This document shows positions 50,101 through 61,779 of a stretch of DNA of 64,000 bases, one piece after another. The position numbers were made by a program, and so were the translations under genes. Numbering within the stretch: position 1 is the stretch's first letter; every line of letters begins with the position of its first letter. The notes below the pieces were generated by a model that saw only the letters and a program-made list of their open reading frames with translations, had not been told where the DNA came from and did no database searches. This DNA is from Dipteris shenzhenensis (lineage: Eukaryota): the NCBI GenBank assembly GCA_047967505.1, contig CM106538.1; one strand, given 5' to 3'.

Positions 50101-51305
50101 GACAAGCATCCGCTAGTTGACACTGATCCTTTTATTCTTCTCAGACTTCTAATTTAGAACCTCTTATCACTGTACCCTTTTTTAACCATCTGTAAGTATT
50201 CCTTTCTACCATATTGAAATCCCCTAAGGCAAAATAATTGCATTTGCACTAACAAGTGATTCCCACATTGTTTTCTGTCTGCAGCAAAGTTTAAAGCATA
50301 TATTGAGATAATTGAAAATTCTTGACCCTTGATAAGGCATTTGAGCATGAACCATCTATTATGGTCATCTTTAACCACTTGTTATACCTCTGCATTATAA
50401 TGAGATAGTATACCAATAGTAGTACCTCCCTTCCCTTCATCATGTGAAGTATACTTTAAGCCTACTCTTTAGACTAGGACCAATTGCTTTGACTCCTTAA
50501 AATGCCAGGAAGTTGGGGGAGAGAGAATTGACTCTTAGTCAGTGAGCTATCTCCCCACCTCTAACAAGATCAATCAACCTCTAGCATTCAAAGTCAAGAA
50601 AGTAACAAATTTATGTGGCATTCTTTTTTGCCCCCTTTTAGCCCTAGGGTTAGGACTATTTACCTATGGGGATGCTACTTTAGCTTGGGACTATCTTCTT
50701 TTATTGTGCACCACAGTAAAAGATTTACCTTGACCAGTGTCCTCCTTGTTTCCTAGACTAGATTTAGCCTATTCCTCTTCTGAATCTTCATCAATTATCT
50801 CCTCCCCTTCCATGGCATAATTTCTGTTAATGTCCTCTTCAACCTCCTTAAACCAACCAGCTTCAATCATGATATCATCCTCAATCTCCTACCTTTTCCC
50901 CCCTCCATCCTCAACCTCCTTCTCCCTAAGAGGTTCAAAGGAGTTTTTGGAGGTAGAGGGGATGGCACTATCTCCTTCCCTTCTTTTGAAGTAATCTTGG
51001 AGGAATTAGTTTTGTGTACTTCCTATCTAGAAGTATCATGTGTTGATGGAGCCTTAGGGACCCATTTTTCTAAAACAATAGGCTGCTTCTAAGCGGGAGC
51101 AGTAGCCTCTTTGGGCTTATTCCTCTTCAAAGCATAAAATTTGACAACATGGCTGGATAATCCACATAGGAAGCTGGAGTTGGGTAAATTCTTGTAGAGC
51201 AAAGGTTGTTCCTTGAATGTGATATGATTTCTATTCAGGATGACCAAGTTTTTAGGGAGCTCCTCAGACAAAAATATCCATCTTGATACAAATCTAAGGG
51301 TTTCC
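47110..51305 (-). mobile_element. L1-like LINE family C (ORF2 and ORF1 C-terminal part), degenerate
   Basis: GKSLGEDGLPIEFYKEFWD, IKVEFDKAYDR, QHFADDT, MGIPMG; APE motifs (ISIYALN, ARLDRFYL, SNHKPV); ORF1 GNP.ICIKMD..ELPKNL..YKNLPNS.FLCGLSSHVVK. Confidence 0.88.
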
Positions 51306-54300
51306 TGTGGGGGTTAAAGGTCACTATGCCTTTACCCCGGTTATGTACAATACTCAAACACACATATAAATGAATGAAGATTAGGGTGGTTCTGCACCCA
51401 CCAAAACTTGTGTGGCTCTCTATTTCTATCTCTCCCTCTTCCGTTCTTGCTTCCGTTCAGAGCACTCTCAACTGGTATCAGAGCCCAGGTGATCTAGTTG
51501 AGCATGCGTGAATGCCTGGAAGCTCAGCAGCTTTGTGGGTGGAAGAAGAACCTTTGTGGGAAGCTTTATGGGTGACTTTACTTGCATTCGAGTGTGCAGA
51601 GACCTTGGAGGGACCTTTGGAAAAGTCACTTTGGTTTTGCAAAGTGGTTTTGAGAGCCTGTTAAGTGTTTTCAAAGAAAAAGTCGTTTTTTAATTTTTTT
51701 CGTGTTTCCTTTGATGACAGAGACTCTGTATTGACTTGTAGAGGCAACTATTGCTTGCTTTTGGTGTCCATTTCACTTCATGCACTTGGAAACACCTTTA
51801 TTCTTGAATCTGGGATCATTTCATTGGATTTCTGAATTACTATCTCAGTTTCTACATTTTTTTGCTCGGGCGTTGGAACTCAAGTTTGGAGCAACCATTT
51901 GCAGATCTGTCAGTTCTGGTGGACTCAAGAGGTCCTAAAACTTCTATGTTGCTCATCATTCGCACTCCGGTGGAGTTTACAAACAGTTTTGTTTCCAAAA
52001 ACGTTTTTCAGTCCGTGTGTTGGACCCAGTGATTGAGACCACGGTTTCCAAAACCGTTTGTCCCATTGCATTTCGGACGCCCAAAAACCCCTACCTATCA
52101 GTTCTTGCATGATTCGGTGGAGTATTTTCAGAGTTATAGATCTCTGTGTATTGGATTTCGTCTCTCTATTATGCATTTTTCATTCTAAGGTTTTGAAACC
52201 TTAGATTTATGCCACATGGCAGTGGATAAGTGTTGACTCCCATTTCTCTCATCGGTTAGGATTTTGGAGTTTCGGTAGAAGAGAGATATTTGCAGATTTT
52301 CTTGCTGAGTCCGATTATGCAATGGTGCCCATATTTTGAGGCATCTCAGGTTCTATTTTCAGTAGCGGTCAATGCCGTGGGACCATGATTTCTTGAGCAT
52401 AACTTATGCAGATCACTCTGGTTATAGTTTGAGCCATGTGCGCTTATTCGTGGTGTGCATTGGGTTGCAGTGGATGATTTATAGGCCATTTGGATGCATT
52501 GCGATCCTTATTAGATGCACTGATACGTCTAGATTGCCTTGTGGGATGCTATTTTTATGGACGCTTTGCACATGGATGCTATTGTATGCTGAGGGATAGC
52601 TTTGACACATTATAGGTGATGCACTAATAGTGTTATGCTCTCTTGGATGAGATATTATTGATGCATATGCCCATGGACGGTGTTTATGCTTGAGCCATTT
52701 GGCACTTATTGGCATTTTGGATTGCCATTGCAATTGGCATTTTCTTTTGGGCTAGATTTGCTCATATGGATGCATAGTACATGCACATGAGTCAGCTGTA
52801 TCTTTTGATGCTTTGAGCTTTGAGTTTTGGTGATATTTCACTCTATTGTGGCATACACATTTGGGTGCACCTAGTATTTGGTGTGATTCTCTCTTGCAGG
52901 CACTAGCATTTGGGATTTTGCTTTATTTGCATCATGGCATCCTCTTCCATGTCTGAAAAGGAGTTTTTCAACATTAAAAAGTTTGATGGGACAAACTTTA
53001 CTTTGTGGAAAGAACAGATAAGGGATGTGCTTATTCAAAAGAAGCAGATTAAACCCTTGGCAAGGACTGAAGCTAAGCCTGCAAATATGTCTGAGGATGA
53101 TTGGAATGAGTTAGATGCATTAGCAAAGTCTACTATTAGACTATATCTTGCAGAGTCAGTTTATTTCACAGTAGTAAATGAGCAAACTACAGAAGATTTG
53201 TGGAAGAAACTGTGTGCCACTTATGAGAAGGAAACTGCCTCTAATAAAGTTTACCTCATGAAGAGGTTGTTTGAGCTGTAGTTGAAGGAAGGGGTCTCCA
53301 TTTCTTCTCACTTGAATGAATTCAATATTATTTTCAGCTAGCTTCATGCTCAGAAGATGAATTTTGATGCGGAGACTAAGGCAATATTTCTCTTATGTTC
53401 ATTGCCATCCTCTTGGGATACCTTCCTTATAGCTGTCAGTAACTCTACACCTAGTGGAGTACTGAAATTTGATGATGTTGTGGGTAGCTTGTTGGCCAAG
53501 GAGGCTAGACGGAAGTCTATGGATGGCAACAACCAGGATGTAGCCTTAAATGTGCAAAGGGCCAGATCATAGTTCGGGGGGATGTCCCAAGAGTCTCATA
53601 GCAAATCCAGGGCACGAAACATTGAGTGTTACCACTGTGGCAAGAAGGGCCATATGAAAAAGGATTGCTACAAGCTGAAAAGAGAGCAAAAGGATAAGAA
53701 AAAGAATGCCAATTGGGGTGCAAATAAGAAGGAAGAGACTCCAAGGGAGGACAAAGGAAAAGTGAAGATCGAGGAGATCAATGCAGTCACACATGATAGT
53801 GATAATGACATTCTCTTCATGTCTAGTTTATCTGCAGAGTTGTTTACTTCAGATGATGCATAATCCCAGGATTGGATTTTGGATTCTGGTGCTTCATTCC
53901 ATGTTACTCCCCATAGGGAATGGTTCTCCATTTATGATAGTGGAAAGACAGGTTGTGTGCATCTTGGAAATGACTATGCATGTGACATAGTGGGAGTAGG
54001 TGACATAAAGTTTTCTTTTGCAAATGGGTCTGCATTTATTTTGAAAAATGTGAGACATGTGCCTAAGCTAACCAAGAGTCTCATTTCAACGGGTCAGCTA
54101 GATAATGCTGGTTTTCAGACCAACTTTGGTTTTGAAAATTGGAAAATTCAAAAGGGCTCTATGCTTTTGGCCAGGGGTGCCAAGTGTGGGACTTTCTATC
54201 CCTTACATGTATCAGGGGTGTTTAGTCATGTTGTTGCAATAACTAAGTAGCCAAGTACTTCTTTGTGGGATTGCAGGTTGGGGCACATGAGCCAGTATGG

Positions 54301-55083
54301 AATGAAACTCTTATGCCGTTTGGGTTATGTAGAGCATTTGAGTTTCTCTGATTTTGAATTTTGTGAGCACTGTCTCTATGGGAAGCAGACTAAATCAGCC
54401 CATAAAAGAAGGGGAAAGAAAGGCTTTGAAAAGCTTGATTTGGTGCATTCAAATGTATGTGATCCCATGCCCGGTCATTAGGCGGGGTTGAATACTATGA
54501 CATTCATTGATGATGCAGCTAGGAAAGTGTGGGCTTATGCTATGTGATGAGTTCCAGGTATTTCAAAAATGGCTGGCCTTGGTTGAGAATCAGTCAGGTA
54601 GAATGCTTAAATGCCTACAGACTGACAATGGTGGAGAGTATCTCTCTCATGACTTTTAGCATTTCTATGACACACGTGGGATTAAGAGGGAGCTCACATC
54701 CCCTCGTACTCCAGAGCAAAATCCAGTTGTAGAAAAGATGAACCGTACCATTCAAGAAAGGTTGCAATGCATGCTTTCCAACACAAGTCTTTCTGGTGGT
54801 TTTTGGGCTGAGGCAATGAAGACTACAGTGCATGTGATCAATAGATCACCTAGTAAGAGTTTGGATGGTGGTATTCCTAAAGAGGCATGGAGTGGCAAGA
54901 AGCCCTCTTACTCTCATTTGCATATATTTGGGTGTGAGGCATATGCACATGTGCCAAAAGAGCTTCGAAAGAAGCTAGATCCTAAGTCTAGGAAATGCAT
55001 CTTTCTTGGTTATGGTGAAAGTGGAGAGATGGGCTATCATCTCTGGGATCCAGAAGCAAAGAAGATCATACGCAACCATGATG
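51306..55083 (+). mobile_element. Copia copy 3: 5' LTR 51306-51470, PBS, gag, protease, integrase; RT/RH absent
   Basis: PBS 51473-51484; CYHCGKKGHMKKDC; WILDSGASFHVT; integrase ..KMNRTIQERLQCMLS..KLDPKSRKCIFLGY. Confidence 0.93.
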
Positions 55084-58000
55084 CCATTTGCAATTTAGAC
55101 ACTCCCAATCGATTCAAAGTGGTCCAAAACTTCTACCTGTGAAGTTGCTTCCAATTCTGTGAAGTTTTGAAGCAGTGGTGAAGCTTTGTCTACTCCAATA
55201 TCTTCATTTTGTCATTTCATGAGTAGTGGGATCTCAACATCTAGGCCTCCATTGGCAGAGCTGTTTGTCTCATTAGATCCGGGACTGTGCCTGAAACATC
55301 TATCTACAAAGTTGCTTGCTATTCTGTGAAGAATCAAGGGAGTTGTGATTCTTTATGTTTTCTCATCGTTTCTTTGCAGGAAATTTCTCAAAGGTTTCAA
55401 GACCTTCTCATTGATTGCTATGTGGCAAATAAGACTACCCCTTATGCTTGAATCTGCCTAAGGTTCATTTTTACAAGTAAATGAAAGCATCAACTGGCTC
55501 TTACTCCATCCTCAAATGAGATTTTGGAGTTCTAGCATAAGAGAGATATTTACATATTGTCTTGCTGAGTTCAATTATGTAGTGACACCCATGTTTTGAG
55601 GCATCTCAGGTTGTATTTTCACTAGTGATCATTGCCGTAGGGCCATGATTTTTGGATATACCTTATGCAAATCACTCTAGTTGCAGTCTGAGCCGTGTGT
55701 GCTCAGTCATGGTTTGCATTGGGTTCCAATGGATGCTTTACAGGACATTTGGATGCATTGTGATCCTTGTTGGATGCGCTAAGAGGCCCAGATTGCTTTG
55801 TGGGATGCATGATCTCTTGGATGAGATTTTGTTGATGCATATGCTCATGGAAAAAATTTATGCTTGAGGCATTTTGGCACTTATTGGCATTGGGATTGCC
55901 ATAGTTTTGCCATTGCAGTTGGCATTTTCTTTTGGGCCAGATTTACTCATATGGATGCATAGTATATGCACATGAATCAGATGCATTTTGATGCCTTGTG
56001 AGCCTCTGAGGTTTGGTGATATTACCTTCCATTTTGGCATACACATTTGGGTGCACCTGATATTTGGTGTGATTTCTCTCTTACAGGTACTAGCATTTGG
56101 GATTTTGTTTCATTTGCATCATGGCATCCTCTTCCAGTCTAAAAAGGAGTTTTTTAGCATTAAAAAGTTTGATGGGACAAACTTTTCTTGTGGAAAGAAC
56201 AGATAAGGGATGTGCTTATTCAAAAGAAGAAAATTAAACCCTTGGCAGGGATTGTGGAGCTAAGCTTGCAGATATGTGTGAGGATGATTGGAATGAGTTG
56301 GATGCATTAGCAAAGTCTATTGTTAGACTTCATCTTGCAGAGTTAGTCTGTTTCACAGTAGTAAATGAGCAAACTACAAAAGATTTGTGGAAGAAATTAT
56401 GTGCCACTTATGCGAAGGGAACTGCCTTTAATAAAGTTTACCTCATGAAGAGGTGGTTTGAGCTACAGATGAAGGAAGGAGTCTCCATTGCTTCTTACTT
56501 GAATGAATTCGATATTATTTTTTGCCAGCTTTAGGCTCAAAAGATGAATTTTGATGCGGAGACTAAGGCAATATTCCTCTTGTGTTCATTGCCATCCTCA
56601 TGGGATACCTTCCATACAGTTGTCAATAACTCTGCACCTGGTGGAGTACTGAAGTTTGATGATGTTGTGAGTAGATTGTTGGCCGAGGATGAAAGTCTAT
56701 GGATGGCAACAAGCAGGATGCAGCCTTAAATGTGCAAAGGGGCAGATCACAGTTTAGGGGGAAGTCCCAAGAAAGAGGAAAGTCTTGTAGCAAATCTAGG
56801 GCACAGAACATTGATTGTTACCATTGTGGCAAGAAGGGCCACATGAAAAGGGATTGCTACAAGCTGAAAAGAGAGCAAAAGAATAAGAAAAAGAATGCAA
56901 ATTGGGGTGTAAATAAGAAGGAAGAGAGTCCAAGGGAGGACAAAGGAAAACTGAAGACCGCCGAGGAAATCAATGCAGTCTCATCACTGATGATAGTGAC
57001 AATGACATTCTATTCATGTCTAGTCTACCTATAGACTTGCTTACCACTTCAGATGGTGCATATTCCCAAGATAGGATTTTGGATTCTTGTGCTTCATTCC
57101 ATGTTACTCCCCATAGGGAATGGTTCTCCACTTATGATAGTGGAAAGACAGGTCGTATGCATCTTGGAAATAACTATGCATGTGACATAGTGGGAGCCTA
57201 GTGGGAGTAGGTGACACAAAGTTTTCTTTTGCAAATGGGTTTGCATTTGTATTGAAAAATGTGAGACATGTGCCGAAGCTGACCAAGATTCTTATTTCAG
57301 CAGGTAAGCTAGATGACGCTGATTTTCAGACCACGTTTGACTTTCAAAGTTGGAAAATTCAAAAGGGCTCTATGGTTTTGGAAAGGGGTGCCAAGTGTGG
57401 GACATTGTATCCCTTACATGTATCAGGGGTCTCTGATCATGTTGTTGCAATAACTGAGCAACCAAGTACTTCTTTATGGCATTGTAGGTTGGGGCACATG
57501 AGCCAAAATGGAATGAAACTCTTATGCTATTTGGATTACGTACCGCATTTGAGTTTTTTTTAATTTTGAATTTTGTGAGCATTGTCTCTATGGTAATCAG
57601 ACTAAATTAGCCCATAAAAGCAGGGGAAAGAAAGAGCTTAAAAGGCTTGATTTGGTGCATTCAAACGTATGTGGTCCCATGGCAACACAGTCATTAGGCG
57701 GGGCCAATGAATACTATGTGACATTCATTAATGATGCAACTAGGAAAGTGTGGGCTGATGCTATAGCTCAGAAAAGTGATGTGTTCTAGAAATTGCTGAC
57801 TTTGGTTGAAAATCATCCAAGAAGAATGCTTAAATGCTTACGAATTGAAAATGGTGGAGAGTATCTCTATCATGACTTTCAGCATTTCTGTGATACACGT
57901 GGGATTAAGAGGGAGCTCACATCTCCTCATACTCCCGAACAAAATCCAGTTGTGTAAAGCAGATGAATCGCACCATTCAAGAAAGGCTGCAATGTATGCT

Positions 58001-60376
58001 TTCCAATGCATCTTTCTGGTGGTTCTTGGGTTGAGGCAATGAAGACTACAGTGCATGTGATCAATAGATCACCTAGTAAGAGTTTGGATGGTGGTATTCC
58101 TGAAGAGGCATGGAGTGGCAAGAAGCCCTCTTACTCTCATTTGCATATATTTGGGTGTGAGGCATATGTATATGTGCCAAAAGAGCTTCGGAGGAAGCTA
58201 GATCCTAAGTCTAGGAAATGCATCTTTCTTGGTTATGGTGAAAGTGTTGAGATGGGCTATCATCTTTGGGATCTAGAAGCAAAGAATATCATACAAAGCC
58301 ATGATGTGGTCTTGAAGAAAAAGATGCATAAGACATCCATGAGGGATGTGGAAATGAGGAGAATCACTTTCGAGGATGTGAATCCACTTGCATATGTTGA
58401 TAGACAGCAAGCTGTCCATGCACCAAATGTGTAATTGTGCCCCTAGATACTCCCACAGGTACACAATCAAGGGCAGATGATGGATCATCTATTGGTGGAA
58501 ATGATGAGCCAAATGTCGTTGATATGTAGGTGGGACAGCAAGTTGAAATGCCCTTGAGAAGATCAACTAGAGTGTCTAGACCGCCTGAGAGATTTGTTGT
58601 CGGGACAGACTATGTGATGCTTAGTGATTGCAGGGAGCCTTCTTGCTATAGGGAGGCTCTGATGCCTGAGGATCTACACAAGTGGGAGTATGCTATGCAA
58701 TCAGAGATGAATTCACTCATGAAGAATAAGACTTGGGACTTGGTTTCTTTGCCACATAGAAAGAAAGCATTGCCATGTAAATGGGTCTACAAGATGGTCA
58801 CAGGTGATCATGTGCCTGGACTTTGATGAGATCTTCTCTCCGGTTGTTGTTGTTGTGAAGATGACCACACTTAGATGCATACTTGGACATGTGGTAGTAG
58901 AGGATATGGAGCTTATGCAGATGGATGTCAAGACAGCTTTCTTGCATGGGGATTTGCATGAGGAAATTTACATCACAACCGGAAGGCTTTGAAGAAAAGG
59001 GCAAAGAGAATTTGGTTTGCAAGCTAAAAAAGAGCCTCTATGGCCTTAAGCAAGCACCTAGAGAATGGTATCAAAAGTTTGATGCTTTCACTCGGTCCCA
59101 AGGTTTCATAAGAAGTAAGATTGATCACTGCCTCTACACTAAAAGGGCTAAGGATAATAGCCTGATACTCCTGGCACTTTATGTGGATGATATGCTACTC
59201 CTGGCACTTTATGTGGATGATATGCTATTGTCTAGCAAGAACACTCATGAGCTAGATGCATTGAAAGCCAAGTTGCATGAGGCCTTTGACATGAAAGATT
59301 TGGGACCTGTAGGTCATATTCTTGATATGCACATCACGCGTGACCGGAGTAGGAAACTCCTTTGGCTTTCACAAAAGGAGTATATTTCAAAAGTATGACA
59401 ACGTTTCAATATGGAGGAGGGGAAGGCAGTAAGTCCTCCATTGCCTCCATATGTGAAATTGAGTTAGGGAGATAGTCCCAAATCAGATGAGGAGAGGGCC
59501 ATGATGGCCAAGGTTCCTTATGCATTAGCAGTTGGGAGTCTTATGTATGATAGCTACTAGACTAAACATTGCATTTGCAGTGGGAGTTGTTAGCCGTCGG
59601 TATATGGCTAATCTAGGAAAGAGGCATTGGGAGGCAGTTAAGTGCATCATGAGGTACATGAAGGGTACCAAGGAGGTGTGTATCTGCTTTGGCAGAGGAG
59701 AGATGTGTGTATTTGGGTACATAGATTTAGACTATGCAGGGCATGTGGATAGCAGGAGATCCACTTTTGGCTATGTGTTCACCTTTGCAGGTGGTGCAAT
59801 GTTGTGGATGTCTCGTGCACAAAAGTGTGTTGCTTTGTCTACCACAGAGGCTGAGTATGTTGTAGCCACAGAGGGTTGCAAGGAGGCTATATGGCTTGAT
59901 CAGCTAGTGGGAGATTTGGGGATTCATACAGGTGTACCGACATTACATAGTGATTCCATGAGTGCTATTCATGCAAAGACCAAGCACATTGAGGTCAGGT
60001 ACCATTTTATCAGGGAGGTACTTGAGGACAAGCGCATAGAGCTTGTCAAGGTTCTTACAAATGATAACCCTGCAGATATGCTGACGAAGAGTCTACCTAG
60101 TCATCGGTTTGAGTATTGTCATGTATTGATGTGCTTTGGATACTACACTCACTGGTTGTTCTCCCTTAAAGGCACATTGGCCTTTAAGTGGGAGGTTGAG
60201 GGGGTTAAAGGCCACTGTACCTTAACCTCGGTTATGTACATTATTCAAATTTATATATATATGGATGACATAGAAGATTAGGGTGTTCTGTACCCACCAA
60301 AACTTGTGTGGCTCTCTCTTCTAGCTCTCCCTCTCTCTCACCCTCTTCCATTCCGCTTCCGTTGAGAGCACTCTCA
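55084..60376 (+). mobile_element. Copia copy 4: partial leader, gag-PR-IN-RT-RH (frameshifted), PPT, 3' LTR 60197-60376
   Basis: All pol domains are in Copia order; RH DYAG..RRST.GY..ALSTTEAEY, KHIEVRYHFIRE, NPADMLTK; PPT AAGTGGGAGG; no 5' LTR. Confidence 0.93.
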
Positions 60377-61200
60377 ACAAGGATTCTAGAGCATCAGGAA
60401 AAAACTCCTTGGTCCACCATTCCAAATATAGGGGCTGGTGCCTCATTGTCCAGAGCCCATATTGAAGGGCTTTGATAGTCATTTCAAGATTTTCAAACAA
60501 GTATGCAAAAAAGCCCTTTTTAGAAATCTAACATTTAATACATTCATCCCCATCCTAATCCAATTAGTTATGATCCAAGTTTCAATGAAGTCCATAGTTA
60601 TGATCCAATTTCATTCATCCTAACCCAATTAGTTATGATCCATGTTTCAATGAAGGCCATAGGGGGTCTAACACCAAGAAAATGTCCTAACAATGCATGG
60701 GTACTCAACCATCTCATAGAGTCTGTAAGAAGCTTGTCATCATCAAGAAATGCCAAGATGCTTTTATCTTTACCAGGTTGCTCACTCTCACCTGAAACTT
60801 TATGTGTTCCTGCCGTACCTAATTTTGGAGTGCTTCCTATTGCTTGAGTGTGCACGAGTGACAGGCTATTCTCTTCTCACTTGGGGAGGGTACTTCTTTG
60901 TTGCTCTTAGTCTACTCAATATCTACGTGATTTTCTCCTCTCTTGTTGAACCTCCACCAGTTCCGTCTTTACGTTGATTCCTGACACTCCCATCACTTGC
61001 ACTTACATTGAGTTTGTTGTCTTTTGTGGTTCTAGCTCTATCAGCTCCTCCTTCATGTCATATGATGGCAGATCTGAGACTTGTATCCTTAGGTCCTAGA
61101 TCAGGATTTCTTTGATTTTTCCTTTACATGTCATATCCTCTTCTGAGTTGGCGAGTGCTAGCGGCTGCAACTTGGTATAGCAGCCTATAACCAAGGACCC
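60377..61200 (-). mobile_element. L1 family C ORF1 N-terminal part (DUF4283-like), separated from 47110-51305 by the Copia block
   Basis: HALLGHFLGVRPPMAFIETWI..VLNVRFLKRAFF..QYGLWTMRHQPLYLEWWTKEFFPD. Confidence 0.75.
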
Positions 61201-61779
61201 ATCTAAATATGGAGGATGTGATACTGAGGGAATGCTGAAAATCCTACCTCATGGCTTCTAAGCTGCAAGCGTATAAGAGGGACGTTCATGTCCTCCTCCT
61301 CTTCCTCCTCGACTACCAAAGGGTTTGAGTCCATAGCACGGCAGTGGAGGGAACAGTTCCTCTGGTGTGACAGCCAAACAAGAGAAAATATCTTTGTCCT
61401 TTGCCAATGAGGGGAGACTGCTTCATCTTCCAAGTCAATATCATAATCGAGCAAAGAAAAGGGGAGCAGGCCCTTGGTCTCTGTGTCGTGTCTTATCTGC
61501 AAAGGTACAATAGGTCCATCTAGACTATGTAGAATCTTACCATGCCCAAGACACTCACCTTATTTAGGACTACCTTGGATTTGTTTTGCACTACAGTAGG
61601 GGCTCATACTAATTAATGACAAAATGATGGATTACTATAGCTCAGAGGCTAAAGTTTGAGCATGTTTAGAGGTTGATCCAAGCACTCTCATGGCTTGAGA
61701 CTCAACATGACTCAGAGGCTCACGTCTCAGCATGGCTACATGACCAGCTCATAGGTCTAGGACTACACCAACATCCTGG

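Noticed and set aside
37496-60384. AGTAT/AGGAT as TSD pairing LTR1 with LTR4
   Set aside because: Only a 4/5 match that needs a shifted LTR end, and the flanks belong to different host elements.
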